The translations under genes were made by a program, and so were the position numbers. Shown here piece after piece: positions 29,029-42,906 of a stretch of 64,000 nt of DNA. How positions within the stretch are numbered: the first letter of the stretch is position 1; each line of letters begins with the position of its first letter. The DNA is from the human T2T-CHM13v2.0 reference genome, Homo sapiens: assembly GCF_009914755.1 (NCBI RefSeq), contig NC_060930.1; one strand, written 5' to 3'. The notes under the pieces are model-generated. The model saw only the letters and a program-made list of their open reading frames with translations, searched no databases and had not been told where the DNA came from.

Positions 29029-32000
29029 ATGGGGATCTCTTCAGTGGGCCCAGAGTGCAGTGCCTGGACTTATGAAGGAGCATGGGGCAGGTGGTTTATT
29101 GCAGTTGATCACCCTTTCCCTTCATCCTTCTCTACCCTAACATTTCTCATTCCAGCTCCTTCTGCCTTTCTGGCTTTCTTGCCTGGATGACTCAGAACGC
29201 TGGCCCCTATTCACCCACATGTAACTTGGTCAACTTTATTGTAATCATGATATTTTTTCTGGGAATGTATGCCCTTTTATTCTTCAGGCTGCCTGGTAAT
29301 TTTACTGCAAAATCAAGCCAGCAATTTTCCCTTATTTTTTTCTCTAGAGATTCCTGTCCAAATGCATCATTTATTACCTTGTTTCCAAGATGCATTTCAT
29401 ACTCTTCAATCTCAGAAATCTGATATCCTGAAAAATTTCTTGCAGAGAGCCCCAGGAGCTCTTGCTGATGTTGCCACTGGATTTTCCCCCCGGATACAGA
29501 GCACTCTGAGTTGAAAAAAAAAACTTCCTGTCCTAAAGAAACATAGGATCTCACTGAGGGGGTTTAGGGTGGGGAAAGGAAGGATCTTTTCATTCAAAAG
29601 CAAAACAACTGAGTAACTGTTTTCAACATGGTAAAATAGCAGCTACTGTCGCTGTTGTTTCAGACATTATAAAAATGTCTTGTCATAGATAAATTATGGT
29701 CATGGTACATAAATGACCTCTTTGATTTCTTAAAAACCAATTTATGGTCATGCCTTTGTTAAAGGCATTGTTAACGTCCATTGGGCAGAAAGGACGTTAG
29801 AGTTTTTCTGGTGACATAGGCCACAGAGTCAAGTGACTTCCCTAAAGCCACACAGCTAGTTATGGGCAAAGCCGGGAAGACCACTCAGGTATTCTTGTTT
29901 TCACGACAAGTCAATATCTACAGATAACGCGTGAATGGCTGGAACAGTTCACAAGTGCAGACTTGTTTTGGTGATCCTAAAGCAGCCAAATTGGCATTTG
30001 ATTTTGCATTTTTTTAAAAAGTAGGGCTTGGATGTATTGAAAACCAAAACATGACCTTCTGAAATATGAGCTGTATGAAGTCAAGGACTGTTTGCAGATG
30101 AGACAAGTGGTACTTTTGCAGCAAAAGGAAGTCCTTGAAATTGCACTGAAACCTGAAGAAAAGATTGAGAAAAACTAAGACCTGGTAATTGACTTCAACC
30201 CTGGAGACATTTGAGGTTTAATGGTGTCAAGAGATGGTTATCCAACTGATAATTTAACTCTCTCCCCTTCCTTTGATGCATGAAGATAGGGTTGGGCTGC
30301 TTCTTTTTTGAGAGTGGGAGTTGCAGAACACAGCAGAAGCTCAGAACTATCTTTTCCTCCTCTTTTCTACACTGAAGGATGTCTCTTTCAACATTTATCT
30401 GTGTATTTAAGAAAGACAGCACTTCACCTCTCCGAAGTCCTCCCAGCCTATCCAACCACCACCTGTCTCTAGGTACACTGTGGGCCTCCTAGGCGACATT
30501 TGAACATCTACCCAAGGGTGGACTTTTTTGACCACCATAGCTGTCTAAGTGTTGGGCACCAAAAGTAAACCAGCTCTGCAAATCACACCATCAGAGGAGA
30601 ATGTCAGAAACCCAGGGTTGGCACAGAATTTAGCTGGCTGTCTTGAATCTCTAGTTTTCTTTTTGAACTTAGGATTTTATAATTTTCCTGTAATGTTTTT
30701 CTCCCTGTGCTTTATTTTATTTTCAAAGAACATACAATTCATTTATTTTCCAAAATAATGGGAGGAACTTGCCATGTAAGCAATACAAAAATGTTTTCTG
30801 AAAATGAATAATTCTGGTACTGTTTCTAGGACAACGAGGGGGATAAAATAAAATGAAAAAACAGAAGCTGGGAAAATGGTGTAAAAATTTGTGTAAATCT
30901 AGAAAGAACCATTATCTTTAAAAACTAAGTTAAAAATCTGATATTTGGCAATGGAGATTTTAATAATTCAGGTCACATTTAAATAAGTGTCCTGGGCAAT
31001 TTATTGTTGCTAATGTCATGTCGATAGGTGTTAGACAAGTATAAAATAGAATGTTATAGAAATAGAATGTAATCATCCTTTTTTCCCAAGGGTAACTCAG
31101 AGTCTCCTGAGATAACACGTCATGTTAGCGTTTATGTATAAGCTACTCTTTCTTTGGAAATGTGTTAGAAAATTACCATATGGATAATACTTAAAATGTT
31201 CTTCCTTAAGTGTTTTGAGAAACAGGAGTCAAACAAACACCAGCCCCTAAGTCCCCCTGCCACCAGGAACTGAGACAGCTCCTGGTGGCTCATCTGAAAC
31301 TCCTCTTATCAGCAACTTACTCAAAAATAGCTCAGGATGAAAGGTCTTTGTACTATACTGGTAATTTTTCTAAACATTTTAAATTGTTTCAAAATTGTAA
31401 AAGAAGCAGATATATATACACACACACACAAAATAAACATGTAGATACATATTTTAAAAACATAAATGAGGATGTGTGTCATACTATAACAAGCCTATAA
31501 CCTGAGTTTTTCACTTAACATTATGTTATAAACATCACCATATTATATGCAACCTGTTTAACCGGTTCATTGTAGGTATATACCATAATTTAACCAAGCT
31601 CCTCTTGTACTTTTAGATCATTTCCATTATTTTAATATAATAGCTAATGCTCCAATGACCAAAACAGCTTTAGACAAAGACAGCATTGTTGCACATAATG
31701 AAATTCAGGGGTTTGGTTTATCTGCGAATTCACTAAACTGTAAGGAAGCCCTTAGCCCATTATCTGTTAGAGTCTATTACTCCATGAAAGCTAGAAAGGA
31801 TTGATTTTCTTCCCCCTGCTTAACAGTTCTTTCTGACTAGGTCACTAACTTTGGAAGTGACATCTTGACGTTGTGAATTTTCTCCCACTTAACAAAGCTA
31901 GCACAAAATTCCTTTAAACAGTGACAGAGTGCATTAAATCAAGAATACAGCCATTGGCTTCACGATAAGAATGTTGCCAGTGCCACTGGGTTGTAACGAG

Positions 32001-33042
32001 AAGGCAGAAGTGACAATGCCCACAGCACTCGGCTGTGCATTCAGCTTTCTTCTGCTAGTGTATTAAAGGGAAACATCCTGATTTGTCTGGTCTTTTACAA
32101 TATATTGTTTAATATTTTTGTCAAATTCTATCAAGCACCGGTATTCAATCACTGAGATATTGGGCCTCACACATGCTGAAAATTATAATAATGTCACTAC
32201 ATTTATACAATGGCTTATGTGTTTCTAATCCTTTTACTTTTATAATCTAATGTGATTCTTTTTTAATGAAAATAGAGTTTATTAACTTTTAATATAAACA
32301 TGAGAAATAAAAACCACATAAATTGTAGCATTCTTTTCAAAATAAAACTGCAATCAATACTTGAATCTCCAAGCTCCGAATTCCATAAACAATTTTGTTT
32401 TTTGAGGTGGTAGATTGTAATATTTTTATACCGTTATTTATCATTTATGTCTCTGTCCTTTAAAAATGATGGAAACTGCAGCATAATATGATGTGAAGCA
32501 TTGCTGTAGTAGAGGAAGTATTCCTGGCCCAGAAATGCTTTGTTTATAAGCAAGATTCCTAGGATTAGATTTGAGAAAGTAGGACAAATAGATTTCACAT
32601 AGTTGAGAACACTAATCTCTTTTTAGTATTTCAAATTTAGGTGACATTATTGGTCTCCTAATATTATTTGCTCCTTGCCTTTTAAAGCCTGAAGTAAGAG
32701 TTCCTAAGGGTTACGTAAGTTATTTCTTAAATAGCAAGACTTAATGGGACACCTACAGCTTGGTAGCATGTAGTATGATAAAACAGCTGTTCATATCACC
32801 TTCTATCATTAGGGTCCAATTCCTTTTATTACATGTTAATTAACACTGATCTTCAAAATCTTCCTTTAAAGAAACTTTGGTGATCAAAGCATATAGAGCA
32901 CAGCTCTGCAGGTAACTACTTTTAAAAAGAGGAAGGCATTTTATGGAGATACAAGGTATTCCAAAAGTTTAGGGTAATTGTAAGCTTTGATACTTATAGA
33001 AGTATAAATGCTACAAACCTTCACAATCCCTTGTTTGAACAT

Positions 33043-33363
33043 TTTTCTTTTTTTTTTTTTCTTTGAGACAGGGTCTGGATGTCGCCCAGGTTGGAGTGCA
33101 GTGACATGATCATGGCCCACTGCAGCCTTGACCTCCTGGGCTTAAGTGATCCTCCCACCTAGGCCTCCAGAGTGGCTGGGACTACAGACACGTGCCACCA
33201 TATCCAACTAATTATTTTTATTTATTTATTTATTTATTTATTTTTTTTTATGGACAGGGTCTCACTATGTTGCCTAGACTGGTCTTGAACTCCTGTGCTC
33301 AAGCAATCCTCCCACCTCAGCCTCCCAAAGTACAGAGATTATAGGCATGAATCACTATGCCCA
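33043..33363 (-). mobile_element. AluJ (inside the retrocopy)
   Basis: GCAGCCTTGACCTCCTGGGCTTAAGTGATCCTCC; (TTTA)n linker. Confidence 0.92.
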
Positions 33364-33391
33364 ACCCATTTCTTTTGCATTTAGTTTTGCA

Positions 33392-33560
33392 TTTTTCTAA
33401 GAGATGGGGTCTTGATATGTTGTCCAGGTTGGTGTGTAGTAGCTCTTCCTATAGGCACCATCATGGTACACTGCAGCCTCCAATACTTGACCTCAAGCAA
33501 TCCTCCAGCCTCAGCCTCCCAAGTAGCTGGGACTACAGGTGTGCACCACCACACCCAGCT
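33392..33560 (-). mobile_element. Fossil Alu monomer (FAM) inside the retrocopy
   Basis: Monomer carrying the longer FAM segment (TAGCTCTTCCTATAGGCACCATC). Confidence 0.75.
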
Positions 33561-33672
33561 TCAATTTGCAAATTTTGAATATAAAGCTTTTAATTTTTTG
33601 CCTCAGTCAATGTCTACTATCTTCAAGAGTGACAGAAACAAAAAATTAAAGCTTAATATTCAGGAGACAAGT

Positions 33673-33832
33673 GCCAGGTGTGCCTGTAGTCCCAGCTACT
33701 TGTGTGGCTGAGGCTAGAGGATGGCTTGAGGTTTTTTTTAAGAGATGGGGTCTTGCTGTGTTGTCCAAGCTGGAGTGCAGTGGCTGTTCACAGGTGCAAT
33801 CATAATGCATTGCAGCCTAGAACTTCCTGGCC
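33673..33832. mobile_element. FAM split into opposite orientations (5' half + at 33673-33731, 3' half - at 33732-33832)
   Basis: ...GGATGGCTTGAGG|T8AAGAGATGGGG...GGCTGTTCACAGG...CTTCCTGGCC; re-inverting restores one FAM. Confidence 0.85.
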
Positions 33833-33866
33833 TCTAATGTGATTCTTAAGAACTCTCTAAGAAGTA

Positions 33867-34165
33867 GGCCAGGTGCAGTGGCTCAAGCCTGTAATCCCAG
33901 CACTTTGGGAGGCTGAGGTGGGCAGATCACAAGGTCAGGAGTTCGAGACCAGCCTGACCGACATGGTGAAATCCTGTCTCTACTAAAAACACAAGATAAA
34001 ATTAGCCGGGCATGGTGGCACACACCTGTAATCCCAGCTACTCAGGAGGCTGAGGCAGAAGAATCACTTGAACCTGGTATGCGGAGGTTGCAGTGAGCCA
34101 AGATCGCGACACTGCACTCCAGCCTAGGTGATAGACGAGACTCTGTCTCAAAATAATAATAAAAA
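33867..34165 (+). mobile_element. AluSg-like
   Basis: Full dimer. Confidence 0.95.
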
Positions 34166-34519
34166 GGTGTGATGGGGGAAGATACTACCATTCTCATTTC
34201 ATTGATGATGGATACTAGAATGAGAGTGGGATTGTTGCTCAAAGTTACAATGCCAGGAAGAGGCACAGCTGGGACTGATGCTTAGGTTTTCTAGCCATTT
34301 GCTCAATATTCCTGGATGCCCAGTGTCTCCCCACCTTGCCGTCTATCTCTCTCATATTTCCATCTGGTACAACCCTCTACCCAGTTCTTCAACCCACTCT
34401 TTCCTTTGTTTTCATCACTCTCATATCCTATATGGTACCGTCTTGCCCATTCTACTTTCAAACCACATCCCACATATGTTCTATTTGCTCCCTGTCTATC
34501 ATATACATCCCCATCCAAG

Positions 34520-35470
34520 CTAGCATCGCTTCTCACCTGAGCAACAGTAATAGCTGCCTGTCTGGCCTCTGGCTCCCACTCTTACATCCCCATGTCTATT
34601 CTGTACATAGCAGCCAAGTGACTTTCTTAAAACACACATCAAACCCTGTTCCTTCCCTGCTCAGAACCCTTGAAATGCCCTTTGAATGAACTCAAAACTC
34701 TTCATCCCAGCCACCAATACACTAAGCCACACATGACCTGGTCTCTGCCTGTCTCTGATCTTCTCCCCACATCTCCCACCATCTCTCACTTGCTCTATCA
34801 TATGTCACAGCTAGGCTTAGCTTTCTGCCTATTACTGTTAGGTTGGTACAAAAGTAATTGTGAGTTTTGCCATTAAAAGTAATGGCAAAACCTGCGATTT
34901 CTTTTTCACCAACCTAATAGAACATGCTAAGCTCACTCCTGTTCTAGTCTCTCATGACCTGAAGCTCTCTGGGCCTAGTCCTTCCACCATCCGGATCCTT
35001 CTTGTCATCCAGGTCTCCGCTGGAAGACCGCCCTCCCTGAGCGCCCAAACTGAAGGGGACTCTGTCACCCTTTTCCACATTACCCTGTTTTACCAAATTA
35101 TGTCATTACTTTGTATTTTGATTAAATGTCTATCTTGATTTACTAAATACACTCCATTTATTTAACAAGCATTTACATAGCATCACTATGAGCCTGGCAT
35201 TTTTCTAAATGTATTAGCTATATTAACTCATTTAATCTTCGTAACACCCCTTTTATTTTTCAGATGAGGAAATGGAGGAAAAGAAACTTCTTCAAGGTCA
35301 CCTAGCTCATAAATGGCAACACCAAGATTTAAATTGAAGTAGTTTATCTCGAGAGTCCTTGCTTTTGGATGGGAGTCTTGTCGATCACATTCAACCCTAA
35401 ATACCCATCATGTAGAACAGTGCCTGGCACACAGTAGGCACTCAATAAATATTTGTTGAATGACTGAATG
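34520..35470 (+). mobile_element. L2 3' region interrupted by MADE1 and a MIR (~35150-35370, minus)
   Basis: TCTCACCTGAGCAACAGTAATAGC...; ends AACAGTGCCTGGCACACAGTAGGCACTCAATAAATATTTGTTGAATGA. Confidence 0.8.
34838..34917. mobile_element. MADE1 (Hsmar1-derived MITE)
   Basis: TTAGGTTGGTACAAAAGTAATTG...TTTTGCCATTAAAAGTAATGGCAAAA...CACCAACCTAA, 80-bp palindromic element followed by TA. Confidence 0.92.
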
Positions 35471-36074
35471 ATGTAGTGGTTTCAAAGGAGACCCTAACCC
35501 TGGGTCTCCATGAGCTTGCCCTTGGGTATACCCTATCACCTGTCTGATCCTTAGACCTTTGGTATTCAGAATCTGGCCTGGCTAACATTTTTTGAGATAT
35601 TTCAATACAACTTCATCTTCAGCCAGAGTAATGTTTGAAATTAAAGCTATCCTCTGCTTGAAATCTACACAGTCACAACCAACATGTACGTGATGATGTA
35701 TACATTTCTATGGTACTTTTCAAATGCATCTTCTCATGTAACAATAGTGCAAGGAAAGAAATCATTCCAAAGCCCTTCAGGAGAGTAGGAGAGACTGAAG
35801 TAGTCATTGTCATTACCTCAGCAGGTTAATATAATAGCTTTTCACTCGCATTTAAATCCAGAGGAGAGAAACCACATGATATGCATTTGCCTGTGTCGGT
35901 AACATCCGCAGGGAACATTTACCTTTATTACTAAGGCTAATTTTGGGTTGATAGAGTTAGATCTTACTGAGAATGTCTAGTTATGAAGTTTTTTAAAAAA
36001 AAAAAGTGGGAAAAGTTAAATCTTATGGCAAGGCCAGGCTGAGCCAAGTTTCATTAAATAATGGTGTATTGTTA

Positions 36075-36390
<316 letters not shown>

Positions 36391-36719
36391 ATCATCTCCC
36401 ACCTTTCTATACTTTCCTTATTGTTTCCCAGAGCGCTCCTGTCACTCCACGGCCATCAGCCCACTCTAGAACGTTTCCCTTATTTCTCTTAAGCCCGCCC
36501 TTTCCCAGTTATCCTAGGCTTTACACAGTAATAGGTATATACTTCCCCTTAAAACTTACCTCTCCTGTGTCCTTGTACCTCATGGGGTCACTAAGTCGAT
36601 AACTAGTTCTGATAATGAGTCATCCCAAGCCTTATGCAAAAGCCCCTTTCTCCTTGATCCACTTTGGTCCAATGTCTTCTGTTTTGCATTACCGTCGCAG
36701 TCTGCTTCACTGGGTTACA

Positions 36720-36950
36720 AGCAGCGTGAAGCTCGTTTTGTGTAGTCTGGGCTTTGATGGCAAACTGCCTTGGTTCGAATCTTTGCTCTGCCACTTGCTA
36801 TATGTGTAAAACCTTGGCAAAGTATTTCATCTTTCTGTGCAATTATTTCTTCTACAAATTAGGGATAACAGATCACCTGTCTCAGAGGATTGTTTTGCAT
36901 GTTGTATTACTGCATGTAATGCAGTAACATGCTGCCTGGCCTGATACAAG
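36720..36950 (+). mobile_element. MIR
   Basis: CTGCCTTGGTTCGAATC...TCTGCCACTTGCTA...CCTTGGCAAAGT. Confidence 0.8.
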
Positions 36951-37429
36951 TATTATGTTACAAGTATTATCAGTATTATGTTATTATTATTATTATTATA
37001 ATATGTTAGTATCATTATTGTTGAAAACAGTGACAGTTTTTCTACTCGTCACAGCTCTTGTATACAAAATTGGCACTCGATAAATGTGTAGTGGAAACAG
37101 TCTCATTGGTTTTCTTCATTACCGGTCTCAATGGCTTAATGTATTATTCATCTCAAAGAATACTATACCACAAATGACTTAACGGACACCTAATATAAAT
37201 TTGCAAAAGAATAATAATTTTTGCAATAATAAAAACAAAGCATGATATTGTGAAATGAATGACTATTTTTTCCCAGTGTGAGAGATGAAATTGTTTGCAA
37301 CATTTTAATGAGTTTGGCTCAGTCCAGCTGGGTAGAATTGTTAATCAGTGTCTGCATCTCGATGACCCATCACCTTCAAGGTCATCGGGAATGGTGACCT
37401 TTTAGCTAGTTTAGGAGGTTCAGCTCAAA

Positions 37430-38800
37430 GATGAACCCAGAAATGATGGAGAATTGCTGTTAATTCTATAATCCAGCCTAGCTCAGTTAAATCCAGCTAA
37501 TATCACCTGAACTGCAGGTTACTTACAGATATGTGAGTATAAAATTGAATGTTTATTATTTTATCCACTGAGATCTTAGAATTATTTGATATACAGAACT
37601 GTCACAGTAAAAACCTTTCTAATACATGCATTGGTACCAGAAGCAGGGTTTTGCCTGTAATATGTGGCTATGGCTTTGGGATCAGAAAGCAAGTAGCAAA
37701 ACAATGACAGAGGTTGGAAAAATGGTGACCCATGTTATGTGGTAGCAAAACACTTGGTAAAATTGTCACCTGACAAAATTGGGAAGGCAAATAACATAGC
37801 TCATTAAATGATGAGAGGAGTAGGAAGTTTTGAGGCAGAATGTTGACAGTGTGAGCTGGTTGTTACTGTACTAAAAGAAAGGAATAGGTTCAGAAAAGAA
37901 CTGTTTGGTTTCAAAGTAGAATAGAGAGGAAATAGAGAGAGGCCAAAGATTTTGGAACTTTCCAGGATGAAAAATCAAACTGTTTCTCATCTCCAACCAG
38001 TAAAAGAGAAAATTGAAAAGTTCTTTGAGTTTAAAAGCTTACTAAGGCTCAGCCTCTGGGGAAAGACTGAATCAAGCTTTTAAAAGATCATTGCAAGGAT
38101 TAAAGAGGTAGCTATAGATTTTTTTCCCCAGTGGGACATAATGGACCTGACATATTGGAAGTCTGATATATTGCAGTAGCTATTAATAAGTATATTGCAT
38201 GTCTCAAAACAAATTGTGGGTATAACTTGTCACATAGAGTTGTTGAGAATGAAATACAAAAAGTCAACAAAGTTTTTGAGTGAGGTATCTTGCGCAAAGC
38301 ACCCTAGGCTGGCTTAAAAGAGATGTGACTATTAACAAGCTAAAAAGAAAAACAAAAACAAAAACAAAAAAAGACAAACTTGATTCTCCAACTTTCTACC
38401 AGTAGGAAGCAGGCTCAGAAAGCTCCCCAGCTGCCAAAAAGGTAGTAGGGTGACAAGGTTTGCCTGGGATTTTCCTGGTTTTAGCACAGAAAGCCCTGCA
38501 ACCCAGGAAACTCTCAGTCCTGGACAAGTTGGGACAGTTGATCACCCTTCTAAGAGGGCATATTCTACAGTGCTATTTTTACGTAGCCAAGAAAGATATT
38601 GAAAACAGAGGGACATCCGTAGAGTACAGTCAAGAGTCATGGAGAACAATGGACTTGGGACTTATTCCCAGGAAGCAGAAATGAGGCTTAATTAAGGAAC
38701 ATTTCCTATCCCTTAGGTAGGGGGAGCCTGATAAGATTTCAGAATTGCTATGGGCCCCTGACTACTCACATCCTTCCTTGACCTACCTTGCTTAAGAGCA
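37430..38800 (+). mobile_element. MLT1-type LTR 3' part (to ~37626) followed by MaLR internal sequence
   Basis: LTR end CCACTGAGAT...CTAATACA, then TTGGTACCAGAAG and GGTGACCCATGTTATGTGGTAGCAAAACACTTGGTAAAATTGTCACCTG. Confidence 0.7.
38446..38549. mobile_element. MER81-like hAT-Blackjack MITE
   Basis: TAGGGTGAC...GGTTTTAGCACAGAAAG...GGGACAGTTGATCACCCT termini. Confidence 0.7.
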
Positions 38801-39368
38801 GTGGTTTCATTTGTCCTTCTCTGGTGTGCCAGAGAATTCTCAGGCCTCATTTGGAATTTCCCCAAAGATCTCTTATGAACTAAATGATTGGCTGAGACAA
38901 CTTATAAAAATGGGTAGGTTTATTTTACCTCATTTGGTACACATTTGGTAACAGCATGCTGTTACCAAAGGTGACGGTTTTCTTTCTATGTGGCAATAGG
39001 GAAATTTGCTGGGGCATCTCAGGATAACAACCTAAAGCTGAAGGCCTGATCTCACTTTGTTCCCTTCGCATTTTCAATTCATGAAAGAGAGCATTTGATG
39101 AAGCTGTTTGGAGCAAGTTGGTGTGAGTCATCTCTTTTTGCCTTGTTTGCACCAGCCATCTCGGAGGTGTCTGGACTGCTTCAGGTCCAGCCTATGTAGG
39201 TTTCTTCTCCCTTATGCACACCTCCTGCTATAATCTGATGTGGTTAGAGTGGGAAGCAGCTGACTCTGCCTTCCTAAGACGCTGAGAAAAACTGAGACAG
39301 AAAAAAGCATTCAGGATATAGGCATTCCTCAAAAGGTGAGTCTGTAGAGAGTCATAAGACTCTTTTAA

Positions 39369-40611
<1,243 letters not shown>

Positions 40612-41499
40612 TTATGCTACCAGGCTTTAGACAATGGCTATAAAACCCCTGTGTCATTTTCCACCAGCTCTGTGTTCTCTCTCCCTCTTTCACAGCTACC
40701 TTCCATTAGAGCTACCTGCCAAATTTTGGATGGCAGCACCCCAAGATGAAAGGAGCTTGGATCCCCAAGTCATTATTTGGAGGAGAGCCTCTGCAAAGAA
40801 CTGCCTGCTGTGCACTGGACTGTGAGGTAAAAGGAATGTAAACCTGTGTCTTATTAAACCATGGAGCTTTGGGGATTGTTTGTTATAGCAACCGGCACTA
40901 ATTATCCTGACTAGTATAAAAGGCTAAGGAAATGAAAATAGAGACTCCACCAGACAGTTTTTCCTCTTAGCTTAAACTGAGCAACTAGTTTTAAAGTGTC
41001 ATCACTTCACTGGCATTAGAATTTATCATCCTTGTGTAATTGATTGGCCTCTCAGTTCTTGATTTGAAGTTGGGTGGTAGAGAGAGGGAGGAGGTGCTAG
41101 GTTGAAGTTCATGTCGTTGAAATCCTCATTCAAAGTACCAAAATTGAGCAGCAGAGGTCAAGAACATAAAAATATTTATGTGTAAGAATCAAAACACAAC
41201 AGTAACATGCCTAAGTTATTTTACTTTTCTGGATTTTAAGACAACTATTCATGTCCAGTCCCCAGGGGATCCCCCTCCTCATTCCAGTTACTATTCGTCA
41301 TTCATTCCCAGAGCGCCCAATTACAAAGTATGATGTATTTATTTCTCTTATTGAAAATAAACATTAAACATGAAAAGTTAATACTGGACCTAAGAGCATG
41401 CTGGGAGTTGAAACGAGCTCTAAAGTCTTGCTGAGGCAAAGATTCTGACTGTGCCTTAAAGCCCTAATATGGTCCTTAGCAAGCAACAAAAATGAACCT

Positions 41500-41950
41500 G
41501 CTCCCAAAAGCATTGACCTGGAAGTGTGTCTTTGTTGCTTAAGTTATGATTACAACTTCCCAAGCTGGTTTTATTAATGAGCTCTAAATGGAAGTGTTTA
41601 TCTCAGGAGGAAGTACTGTTTCTCCCTCTTGTCCCTGGTGACACGCTAAACATACTAATTGATATGAAGCTGATTTTTAGGAGACAGGAAAGCCCTGAGG
41701 CCTTTGTCACATTGACAATCATGGCTAGACTCATTACAGGGCCTATCAAATCAGGGCGGGAAACAGGCTACTCACACTTTGCGGCATCCCTGGAGTGTGG
41801 GCTTTGCTGTGCTTTGTCATTCAACATATGCTTGAGAAAGTGCTTCCCTCTTTTACTTGGCCATATTACCTGCATGGGGACCTTGCAAGGCTCTGGGAAG
41901 CACCTTTTCTTGCTGTTTTATGCCAAATTTTACATCACTGTATTATACTG
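41500..41950. promoter_or_regulatory. Candidate enhancer (ETS-motif cluster)
   Basis: Apparently repeat-free; GGAAGT at 41520, 41590, 41609 and ACTTCC at 41555; GGCGGGAAA at 41755. Motif evidence only. Confidence 0.3.
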
Positions 41951-42906
41951 CCTTCAGTTTCATCAGTCATTGGATGAAGAGGATTAGGCAATTACGTCTT
42001 CAAAAATGGGATAAACTGCAACGTAGATAAACGACAAATAATCTATCCTTAATGCATAAAGAGAATGTACAAATCAAGAAGAAAGAATCAAATTGACCAT
42101 TTGAAAGACCAAAAAAAGAGCAGAACATGAAAATATGAAATACCAATGGCTAATAAATATTTTTTATTAAACAAATTAACTTTACTAGCAAGTAAAGAAA
42201 ATAAATGAGATATAAATGTCACAAAGAGAAATAGCCCCTTATCTCTAATCAAATTGGAAAATATTTTACTTTTTATAGTAATATCTAGTGATATCCAGAG
42301 TGCAGAAAACAGGCATTTTCAAACACTGCTGGACATAGAGCGGAGTAAATCAGTGGAGTATTTAGAAATATTTATCCAAAGTCTTAAAAATTTGACCATC
42401 CAATTTCACTCTTAGGAATTTACTCCAAGGAAATAAATATGAATGTATCTAAAGAATACTTATTATAGAATTATCTAAAATAATAGAAGTGGAATCAAAA
42501 CCCAACAATAAGGAATTAGTGAAATAAATATAGTTCTTCCATATGATAGAATGCAGTATAGCCATTAAAATCATTGTTCCAGAGTATCTAATAATACAAG
42601 GAAACGTTTCAGACATAATGTTAAATGAAAATGGCATGTTACAAAAGAGTATTACTCCAGTCTTGAAAAATAAAAAGAGAATAAGTATATTTACTTACAT
42701 AGAAAACAGATTGAAAAAATACACATCAAAATGCTTAATGATTATTATTTTAGTGTGATGGAATTTCTCTGTGTGTGTGTTATAATTTCTGTATTTTTCA
42801 ATGTTTCCACCGGGGACATACATTTCTTTAATAATCAGAGAAAAAGATACACGTATCTATCTTTATATCATATTGATTCATATATATATATAATAAATGT
42901 AAATGC

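Larger units (their letters stand above)
32261..33832 (-). pseudogene. 5'-truncated, 5'-inverted processed retrocopy of an mRNA/lncRNA 3' end (parent unidentified)
   Basis: Perfect 15-bp TSD TCTAATGTGATTCTT (32246-32260, 33833-33847); minus-strand AATAAA (TTTATT 32278-83) just upstream of a short A tail; inverted terminal segment 33732-33832; interrupts a MIR. Confidence 0.75.
32190..34295 (-). mobile_element. MIR split by the retrocopy and an Alu (pieces ~32190-32260, 33833-33866, ~34170-34295)
   Basis: Joining the pieces gives ATCTAATGTGATTCTTAAGAACTCTCTAAGAAGTAGG...CCATTCTCATTTCATTGATG...TTGCTCAAAGTTACA...AGCTGGGACTG, colinear with antisense MIR. Confidence 0.65.

Noticed and set aside
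30041-30178. Protein-like frame KPKHDLLKYELYEVKDCLQMRQVVLLQQKEVLEIALKPEEKIEKN
   Set aside because: Bounded by stops, no convincing splice sites, no recognised homologue; a BLASTX hit would reopen it.
33732-33832. Simple post-insertion micro-inversion as the explanation for the split FAM
   Set aside because: The inversion ends exactly at a 15-bp TSD paired with a polyA end 1.57 kb away, which fits twin priming better.
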